From positions 1-24,820 of IMG/VR virus record IMGVR_UViG_3300044724_003389: a stretch of 24,820 bases of DNA; one strand, given 5' to 3'. Below the pieces are notes generated by a model. It made no database searches. It worked only from the letters and a program-made list of their open reading frames with translations, and had not been told where the DNA came from. Origin of the DNA: a virus. Its lineage: Duplodnaviria > Caudoviricetes. Below are positions 8,414-16,017 of this stretch, piece by piece (the first letter of the stretch is position 1; the number at the start of each line of letters is the position of its first letter). A program made the translations under genes and the position numbers.

Positions 8414-9988
8414 ATGATATTATCAAAATCTGATTATCTGGAGAAGATGAATAGTCTCCTCCAAGACAACTCTACACAGCTTATCTCTCCGCAGGATCTT
8501 AGAATTTCCCTAAGAGATTTGGTTGATTCTGTCCATCTGTTTACTGATGGTAGTGAGATAGTAAGCGCTAACTTTGCCACACCAGATACAAGAACTACAA
8601 TTGCTGGTGAACTAGCGTTAGGTAAATTAAAATTTGCTGGAAGGTCAAGCGTAGATAATTCAGCTTTTGGTTATTATGCTCTTGGCGCCAACTATGATGG
8701 CGAAAAAAATACAGCTGTTGGCTCTCATTCTCTTGGTTGCAGCCTAAGAGGTGATTACAATACGGCTGTTGGTTTTAATTCTATAGCTGGAACCACCACA
8801 GGTTCTGGAAATACGGCTATCGGCTCACTATCTTTACAGTCACTCAGGACAGGCTCTTTCAATATAGCTATCGGTCATGGAGCTGGTAGCCATATACCAA
8901 CCGGCGAAAATTATAAATTCTATCTTGGTATTGACCCAATAGACTCTGATTACACATGTCCAGACTTAGCAGAAGTTTCTGGAGCTTTACCTCTTCTATA
9001 TGGCGATACCCTCGACAGAAAACTAGCTATTGGTATTAGAAACCTTCATGGCTATGGCGCTCTTCAGGTTTCTGGTGATATTGCCCCATCGCATAACGAT
9101 TCTTTCAATCTAGGTAATTCTAATTTCTCTTGGGAATCTATTAACGAAAAGGTTTACTTTAGCGGTGGCTATGTCGGCATTGGGACTTCTACACCGTCTG
9201 GTAATCAGGGTTTGGTCACTGTTAATGGCAACATTGTACCCTCTGAAGATGGTTCCTACAGCCTTGGTTACGACGATGGCACAAATAGGTTGCTGTGGGA
9301 TGGTTATTTTAACGATGTTGTTGTTAGCGGTAGATTTTACTGTAATGATATAAACATTGTTGAGGTGGATGTATGCTCTTACGACTGTAAAACGCTACAT
9401 CTAGCAAGTAGCGGCCTTTGTGGTGATGATCTTCTTGGTGACGCTTTTTGTGGTTTCTTGACAGATGAAGGTTTAGACGGAGCTGGCCTTGAGGTACATT
9501 CTAGCGGTTATGACTACAGAAGAGATTATAAACTATTATTCAGAAACGCAGATCCAAACATAACATGCTTAGAGCAGGATACTCACTATTCTAGGTCTAG
9601 GTGGCAATCTAATATTAGTATAGAGGTTACTTCCGGCAATCATTTCCAAGGAAATAGACTTCTTGGTGACGAATCTGTTTCCATAATTAAACAAAGTGGC
9701 TGCTACGGCGTTTTCTCTACAAGTCAACACCCGTCCGGCGATAGGTTGTTTATATCTAGAGAAGACCATGTAGACGCCCACCAATCACCAGCAGATATTA
9801 ACTTTATCTCAAATTCTGGTACACACATTGATGCGGTCACAGGAAACCCATCTGGTTACGACTACACAGTATCCTATGGCACCGTTGATTCTGGCGTTAA
9901 GATAACACAACAATTTGCTTCTAGGATTAAAACCTCTTCTGGTAAACGAGGGTTTAGTATTGTTTATCATGATGAAAGTGATACATAA
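8414..9988 (+). CDS. Putative fibre/spike protein with N-T-A-x-G repeats
   Basis: N-terminal 'DNSTQLISPQDLR' segment, five 17-aa NxAxG repeats, 'VGIGTSTP' and 'GNIVP..DG.YSLG' fibre motifs. Confidence 0.65.
   Translation: MILSKSDYLEKMNSLLQDNSTQLISPQDLRISLRDLVDSVHLFTDGSEIVSANFATPDTRTTIAGELALGKLKFAGRSSVDNSAFGYYALGANYDGEKNTAVGSHSLGCSLRGDYNTAVGFNSIAGTTTGSGNTAIGSLSLQSLRTGSFNIAIGHGAGSHIPTGENYKFYLGIDPIDSDYTCPDLAEVSGALPLLYGDTLDRKLAIGIRNLHGYGALQVSGDIAPSHNDSFNLGNSNFSWESINEKVYFSGGYVGIGTSTPSGNQGLVTVNGNIVPSEDGSYSLGYDDGTNRLLWDGYFNDVVVSGRFYCNDINIVEVDVCSYDCKTLHLASSGLCGDDLLGDAFCGFLTDEGLDGAGLEVHSSGYDYRRDYKLLFRNADPNITCLEQDTHYSRSRWQSNISIEVTSGNHFQGNRLLGDESVSIIKQSGCYGVFSTSQHPSGDRLFISREDHVDAHQSPADINFISNSGTHIDAVTGNPSGYDYTVSYGTVDSGVKITQQFASRIKTSSGKRGFSIVYHDESDT
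8657..8887 (+). repeat. Five 17-aa (51-nt period) N[ST]A[VIF]G-type beta-roll repeats
   Basis: NSAFG / NTAVG / NTAVG / NTAIG / NIAIG at exactly 17-residue spacing. Confidence 0.8.
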
Positions 9989-9999
9989 AGAGGAAAATA

Positions 10000-12714
10000 A
10001 TGAAAGATAGATTATCAGTTCACGTAGACAATGGCCAAACAGACATTCTTGAGGCTGTAACAGTTCTTAGAAATGGCGGCACAGTAGCTCAATCCGGCCT
10101 TGTTGGTATCACTAACATTCAGTACCAGCCAACATCCGACACGATACCATCCGCTATTCTACCAGAAACTATTTTTAATATCCAAGCCAGCGGTAAATCT
10201 GAATTAAGATCAACCGCAATCTCTAATGGCGCTAGATCAAAAATAGAACTTCTAACAACTTCCAACACACCAGCTAGTGGTACATCCATCTCGTATAAAG
10301 AGCCTCACGGGGCTTCTGGTTCTTTTGAGATTTCTAATTTTGACGACTATGGAAAAGAACTTAGCTTTTTTGTTTACCAAAGTGGAACAGTTGCTATTGG
10401 CGACATAAGAAGCTACACAAACAGCGGAGATGTGTTTCACGACTTATCTGCTATAGATGGGCGATCTGTTTTATTGGTTTCTAAAAGTGGCGACCCATAC
10501 AACAGCGGGACAATCGCTATAAGATCACAATTAGATAAACCATCCGGTCTAGCAGACTTCGGCAAATTATATGTTAAATCTTACAATTTTAATGTTGATT
10601 GCGAGGAGCATAAACAGCACCACGCCCTTTACTTTGTAGATGCTTCTGGCAACGAACAGCTGGCAACACCAAATATGTCAGATAGCAAAGGAGGTCTTGT
10701 TTTTGGCGGTAGTGGTGAAAATACATACGCTGGATACAACACGCCAAGAGACAGGGTTAGCTGCAAAACCACTCCAAGTGGCAACACTTTATTCGGTCAC
10801 GGTATAGATATAGCTTTAGATAGAGATGCGCACTACAACACAGTTGTTGGTCATCGCTCTGGCAGTGGGATCTCTGGTCCAATGTTTAACACTGTCGTAG
10901 GAGCCGACTCGTTCAACCATCTTCTGCCAAGTAGCGGAAATGTTATTCTTGGTTATAATTCTTTAACAAAAAGTGTGAAAGATTTAACCGACGTAAGCGA
11001 GTCAGTTGATAACGCCATCTTAATAGGCAATAATCTATTTTTAGACGACATCCCAAATGACTACACATTGGCGATTGGTCAAAACACACCTATAATCACC
11101 GGCTTGCTTAAAGGGTCGGAGCGCAAAGTTTCTATCATTTCATCAGATTCTGAGAATACAAAATTTACATTAAACAAAGACCCGTATGATTTTAATTTTG
11201 GTATTAAATATGAAAACAATAGATTTGTAGGGGTTATAGGCAGTCAAGATCAAGGATCTTCGTCTCAAGCTCGTCAAAAACTCGTTATGAGATTCCAAAA
11301 CTCTCAAGGTCACGAGCAGACCCTTGTTGATTACGATCCGATAGGTGCAGTACCAGTAACTAATCCTGTTTGGGAAATACCAAACCCGCAAGTGCCAACG
11401 GTTTCTATTAGTGGCGACCTACGTGTTCTTGGATCTATAAGATTTCCAAATGGAACTTCTCTTGGCGGAACCGAAGAAGACAATTCAGATACAGTAGCAT
11501 TTAGACCATACTACGGACTCGTAGCGTCTGGGATTAAAAGGTCTATCATCAATAATGACTACTATTTTGGTCTTGACTTTGATTCTGTACCCCTAGCCTC
11601 TGATTTTGCTGGAGGTATTGAGCCTTCCCAAACATTCGTCGGTGTAGATATTCCGGGCGGATTTGGTAAAGTTAACATACCAACACTAGGTGCCTACATA
11701 ACTAGCGGTACTGCCACTTTTGCAGAGAATTGCAACGCAGTTTACACTAATCCAGATAACGTTGCGTACATAAAACCAGATAAAAACTTTGGCTGTGTTT
11801 TTATAGGTTGCGATACCGCTACGAGCGCTACAGGTTGGAAGCACGGGGTTTTCATCGGCACACAAGCTGGATATAAAGCCACAACGCCAAACGCTAGTTT
11901 AGCAACTGACACCGCCTGTATATTCATTGGTTACAATGCAGGTTTTGACGCTGCTAATGTAAATGACACTATTTGTATTGGTAATTCGGCTGGTAAAAAT
12001 TCTGACGGCTCTAATAAATCTATCTTTATTGGCCCAAATGCTGGCGAAAACGCTACAAACCCAAACTGTATTGGTATTGGCGCTCACGCCCTTGGTGGTG
12101 AAGTGTTTAGAAATGAGGGCGGCCAGAGAAATATTGAGATAGTTGCTGGTTTAGATGATCACCAAAGATTGATGTACGCCAGTGGAGCGTTCAGCGATAA
12201 GCTTAATATCCAAAACACGATAGCTGGTAATACGCAGAAAAGACAAATTTCTATTGGTCATGCTAACCTAACACCTCAAGCGCCACTAGAGGTTGTTAGA
12301 GACACAACCGACTTCGGCGTTCATGATGGACATACCACTGAAAATATCCAAAGATGGATTAATGAAGGTACTGGAATAGCAAGGGTCAACGAGAGTGGAG
12401 CGTTTATACAAAAGACCGTTGGTAACAATTACAGTTCAGAAACTGGAACTTGTGACTCTTGGTTTGGAACACATGAAGGATTTATGAATGATTATATTTA
12501 CGCTCCAACGTCCTACACATCTCCTACAAGCGGTTGGATGACAACTAGAACATATGAAAATGGGTTTGGCACAGATAGAAGAATACTTGTTGTTAATAGA
12601 GATCCTAGATTAAATATTCATGGTCCGGGAGCTGTTGGCGGTACAGCTTTTGTTGTTACTATGATGGTTAATGGCGAGCATAGACCAGTGTTTGTAAGCT
12701 GCTCTGGAACTTAG
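10000..12714 (+). CDS. Putative fibre/adhesin-like virion protein (904 aa)
   Basis: Two blocks of (V/I)xIG..AG and NTVVG repeats resembling trimeric adhesin head repeats. Ser-Gly-rich N-terminus and a module shared with the 21637 gene. Confidence 0.6.
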   Translation: MKDRLSVHVDNGQTDILEAVTVLRNGGTVAQSGLVGITNIQYQPTSDTIPSAILPETIFNIQASGKSELRSTAISNGARSKIELLTTSNTPASGTSISYKEPHGASGSFEISNFDDYGKELSFFVYQSGTVAIGDIRSYTNSGDVFHDLSAIDGRSVLLVSKSGDPYNSGTIAIRSQLDKPSGLADFGKLYVKSYNFNVDCEEHKQHHALYFVDASGNEQLATPNMSDSKGGLVFGGSGENTYAGYNTPRDRVSCKTTPSGNTLFGHGIDIALDRDAHYNTVVGHRSGSGISGPMFNTVVGADSFNHLLPSSGNVILGYNSLTKSVKDLTDVSESVDNAILIGNNLFLDDIPNDYTLAIGQNTPIITGLLKGSERKVSIISSDSENTKFTLNKDPYDFNFGIKYENNRFVGVIGSQDQGSSSQARQKLVMRFQNSQGHEQTLVDYDPIGAVPVTNPVWEIPNPQVPTVSISGDLRVLGSIRFPNGTSLGGTEEDNSDTVAFRPYYGLVASGIKRSIINNDYYFGLDFDSVPLASDFAGGIEPSQTFVGVDIPGGFGKVNIPTLGAYITSGTATFAENCNAVYTNPDNVAYIKPDKNFGCVFIGCDTATSATGWKHGVFIGTQAGYKATTPNASLATDTACIFIGYNAGFDAANVNDTICIGNSAGKNSDGSNKSIFIGPNAGENATNPNCIGIGAHALGGEVFRNEGGQRNIEIVAGLDDHQRLMYASGAFSDKLNIQNTIAGNTQKRQISIGHANLTPQAPLEVVRDTTDFGVHDGHTTENIQRWINEGTGIARVNESGAFIQKTVGNNYSSETGTCDSWFGTHEGFMNDYIYAPTSYTSPTSGWMTTRTYENGFGTDRRILVVNRDPRLNIHGPGAVGGTAFVVTMMVNGEHRPVFVSCSGT

Positions 12715-12723
12715 GGGTAAAAA

Positions 12724-14829
12724 ATGACACAGTGTTGTCAATGTGACGGATTAGTAACACCTCCTCCACCGCCAGATACCGGCGCGTGCTGTTACTATGA
12801 CTCTATAGAAAGAGTGTGTCAAGATAACGTTTCTTCAAATGATTGTCTCTCAAGACCCGCTGGAGTTCATTTTCCTAATCAAACCTGCGCCTCTGTAGAG
12901 TGCGGAGTTGGCGATCCAACAACAACAACGACCACCACCTCAGATCCTTGCACCTGCTTTTCTGCCCACTGTGGATGCGATGGCGCGCCATCAACCATTT
13001 GCGCCCCCGGCACCTTCTTTGATTGCGATACCTGCGGCTGTGTCGAAAGCAACACAACCACAACTACAACTACTACCTCTACTACTCCAGAGCCTACTTT
13101 AAGGGGTTGCTGCTTTGATGGCGATAACTCTTCAGGTTTTATTGGGTGTCAAGACCTTCTTCCTGACGTTTGTGAGGCGCAAGGCGGCACTGTAATGGAA
13201 GAAAGTTGCGATAATTTAGGTGGCTTAAACGCTTCAATCTGTGACCCATCAGGTCCAGAATCTTTATCAAACTGCTGCCCTTCTTGCATATCTCTTTCAA
13301 TAACAATAGACCCAACAACCCTAGAAGAAAATTGCGGCTGCTCTACCGGTCTGGACCCTGAAGGTTTAACATTTGAACTTAATGGTACTTTTGGGTATTA
13401 TCTTTCAGGGCCAGCTGGTTGCTCATCTATGCAATTTTCACAATGTTATGAAATGGGCTGCTATGAAGGTGATAAGTATGAAGCCGATGGAATAACACCA
13501 ACAGATGGCTATCTTAACGATTTAGTGTGCATCACGGTGGATTGTAATGGTGGAATGAAAAACGGTCAAGTTGGAGATTCTAAATGGACATACAAATTAG
13601 AGTCTTGTTTTCTTGAGGTTTCGTCTGATTTGAATGTTGGATATTTTGACCCGGAAGACTATGTTGATGAAGATTTTACTGTAGATGAACCGCAAAGCGA
13701 TCCACAAACTGGACAGGTCAACCCTGACTTTTGCTCATCTCATTTAAGGATAGATGATATGACAGCAGCATGGAAAGGAGCTATAGATAACCCACCATTA
13801 TATGAATTTGATAGCTACAAAGATATTGTTTTAGATAGCGATACAGCTGAAAGGTCGAGCGATCTTGCCAATTGGAGTCCTAGCGATTCTAAAAAGACCG
13901 GATTCAATTGTCCAGACCCCAGCGTTGGAGAGTCGCAAGACTGTGACTGTTGCACAACAAGTACAACCACAACCACTTCTACCACCACTACAACAACGAC
14001 CGTTGACCCATGTGGAGGAAATGGTACCCCTCCGTGTGGTGAAAATTGCGCTCAGGGAAGTATTACCTGCTGTGTAAATGGAACCACGTTGACGATTGAT
14101 GGCGATCCCGACTGCTGCGTATGCTGCCCAGAGGGTGGAGTTCAGGGGTCTTGTGAAGGCACAACTACAACCACAACGACAAGTACAACCACGACAACCA
14201 CTGAGGCTCCATGCAATCAACCTTCTGTATTAACCTGTTGCGCGGAGGGCGCCTATCCAGACGACCTTGGTCTTACCGGCAACTGGTTATTCCCAAGCGC
14301 CTGCTGCGGCGAAGATGGAGGATCTCCTTTAATACAATGTAGTGACCCTGTTTATTGCTGTAGGAATTGCGGTACCGATTATGAATATACCCCAAATCTA
14401 GGGGAGACTTGCGATGAAGATCCCTCATGCGCTTGCCCAAAACCATGTGCGCTTTGCGACTGTATTTTTGATGATAGCTCTTGCCCAACAACAACCACGA
14501 CAACCACAAGTACGACGACAACCACTACGACCACCAGTACCACAACCACCAGTACCACAACCACCAGCACTACAACTACCACTTCTACGACGACTACCAC
14601 TCCTGAACCAACTACTAGTGAGCCAACCACTTCAATCCCCGGAGGCGGCCCCGGCGGCTGTTCGGGTACCTGCTCTTTTCAGTGTACCGAGTCTGGCTGG
14701 ACTACAATTACTACGTGTGACGTTAGCTGCTCCCACTGCGAGGCGACTCAACTAACTTGTGAAAGCTCTCAGCCATGCACAGAGGAAAACATAGGAGCCA
14801 TATGTGATGGACTCTGCATATCGTTTTAA
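12724..14829 (+). CDS. Mucin-like Cys-rich / poly-Thr protein (701 aa)
   Basis: About 75 Cys by hand count, five Thr/Ser tracts, very acidic, no N-terminal hydrophobic signal peptide. Embedded in the virion gene block. Confidence 0.8.
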   Translation: MTQCCQCDGLVTPPPPPDTGACCYYDSIERVCQDNVSSNDCLSRPAGVHFPNQTCASVECGVGDPTTTTTTTSDPCTCFSAHCGCDGAPSTICAPGTFFDCDTCGCVESNTTTTTTTTSTTPEPTLRGCCFDGDNSSGFIGCQDLLPDVCEAQGGTVMEESCDNLGGLNASICDPSGPESLSNCCPSCISLSITIDPTTLEENCGCSTGLDPEGLTFELNGTFGYYLSGPAGCSSMQFSQCYEMGCYEGDKYEADGITPTDGYLNDLVCITVDCNGGMKNGQVGDSKWTYKLESCFLEVSSDLNVGYFDPEDYVDEDFTVDEPQSDPQTGQVNPDFCSSHLRIDDMTAAWKGAIDNPPLYEFDSYKDIVLDSDTAERSSDLANWSPSDSKKTGFNCPDPSVGESQDCDCCTTSTTTTTSTTTTTTTVDPCGGNGTPPCGENCAQGSITCCVNGTTLTIDGDPDCCVCCPEGGVQGSCEGTTTTTTTSTTTTTTEAPCNQPSVLTCCAEGAYPDDLGLTGNWLFPSACCGEDGGSPLIQCSDPVYCCRNCGTDYEYTPNLGETCDEDPSCACPKPCALCDCIFDDSSCPTTTTTTTSTTTTTTTTSTTTTSTTTTSTTTTTSTTTTTPEPTTSEPTTSIPGGGPGGCSGTCSFQCTESGWTTITTCDVSCSHCEATQLTCESSQPCTEENIGAICDGLCISF
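14488..14601 (+). repeat. Longest poly-Thr/Ser tract (38 codons); others at 12919-12942, 13054-13086, 13954-14001, 14161-14202
   Basis: ACN codon runs using mixed ACA/ACC/ACG/ACT, with a short perfect 15-nt duplication (ACCACCAGTACCACA x2) inside the longest tract. Confidence 0.9.
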
Positions 14830-14847
14830 TTTTTAGAGGAAAGAAAG

Positions 14848-16005
14848 ATGGAACAAACATTAACAATTGGAATGGCGCACCACAACGACTATCATGGTGT
14901 GTACTTTAGTATTCAGGACATTAGAAAAGAATTGATTTTCAACAAGAGGTACGACCTCCTAAAAAAGATTAATTTTCTCATCATAGAAAACGACCCTACC
15001 AGTAAACACGCTGAAGCGGTCAAGCAGTTGGAATTTAAAATACCAAACCTAAAAGTTATTGACTATACTGATAAAAATAGCACTTCAGCATCAAGAAATA
15101 AAATCATAGAAGAAGCCCTTTCAACATTTGTTCTTGTTATGGATTGCCACGTATTCTTATGCCCAGTTGTAGAGACCTTAGATAGATTATTTACATTTAT
15201 GGAATATAACCCTAAAACAAACGATCTGTACAGCGGCCCTCTTGTCCACGATGACATGGGTAATTTCTCTACTCATTTTAGTGACGATTGGGGAGCTGGC
15301 ATGTGGGGTCAGTGGAGTTGTGCTTGGCAGTGCGTCTGCGAAAACTATCATTTTTCTGTATACAATAGAGGTGAAAACAAAGCTGGCTTCAGGTCTTTAG
15401 AACTTCAAGAAAACATAGATAAATGTGTATATTGTGATAGAGGGTTCCCACTTGTTGATTATGCTGGACACGAAAAAGTACTTAGCTCTCAAGGTTATTC
15501 TAAGGTTGGCACACAAAATCATGAAAAACCGTTAGAAATTTTTGCTCAAGGATTGGGCATGTTTTTAACTAGAAAGATTTCTTGGTTGAAATTTAATGCT
15601 AACTCAGACGGTTTTGGTGGAGAAGAGTGCTATATTCATACTAAGTACAGACAAAATAACAGAAAGTGCTATAACCTCCCTTTTTTGAAGTGGCTTCATA
15701 GATTTGGCAGACCTGACGGAGTTCAGTACACGCTAACCATTGACAATAAAATCAAGAACTACATCCATGAATTCACAGAACTCAATTTAGATATAACCCC
15801 AGTTAAAAATCACTTTGTAAACGATCAAGGTTTTAGCGAATCAGCATTTAACAAGCTGCACGAAGAGTGCGCTGGTAATAAGAAATGCAAGCCAAACCCT
15901 AAAGAGGTTCAACTCTTACAACACGAGGTCGAAGCTTTCAAAAGAAAAGTCGCTGAAGCATCTAATGGCAGAATAAAAATGGAAAATATTAAAGTATCTT
16001 ATTAA
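14848..16005 (+). CDS. GT-A fold glycosyltransferase (GT2/GT27-like) with a Cys4 insertion
   Basis: N-terminal 'LTIGMAHHN', 'FLIIEN', 'SASRN', 'FVLVMDCH' (DxH, 15142-15150), 'GLGMF', 'GFGGEE' (GGE 15616-15624), 'WLHRF' (HRF 15697-15705). SD GAGGA upstream. Confidence 0.85.
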   Translation: MEQTLTIGMAHHNDYHGVYFSIQDIRKELIFNKRYDLLKKINFLIIENDPTSKHAEAVKQLEFKIPNLKVIDYTDKNSTSASRNKIIEEALSTFVLVMDCHVFLCPVVETLDRLFTFMEYNPKTNDLYSGPLVHDDMGNFSTHFSDDWGAGMWGQWSCAWQCVCENYHFSVYNRGENKAGFRSLELQENIDKCVYCDRGFPLVDYAGHEKVLSSQGYSKVGTQNHEKPLEIFAQGLGMFLTRKISWLKFNANSDGFGGEECYIHTKYRQNNRKCYNLPFLKWLHRFGRPDGVQYTLTIDNKIKNYIHEFTELNLDITPVKNHFVNDQGFSESAFNKLHEECAGNKKCKPNPKEVQLLQHEVEAFKRKVAEASNGRIKMENIKVSY

Positions 16006-16017
16006 AGAGAATAGATA

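Noticed and set aside
12919-14601. ACN-rich tracts as microsatellite, phase-variation or CRISPR-like repeats
   Set aside because: They are in-frame Thr codons with mixed third positions, and there is no constant repeat with unique spacers.
14379-14630. Minus-strand poly-Val ORF resembling a membrane protein, and the Q/P-rich alternative-frame ORFs nearby
   Set aside because: These are frame and strand shadows of the poly-Thr tract.
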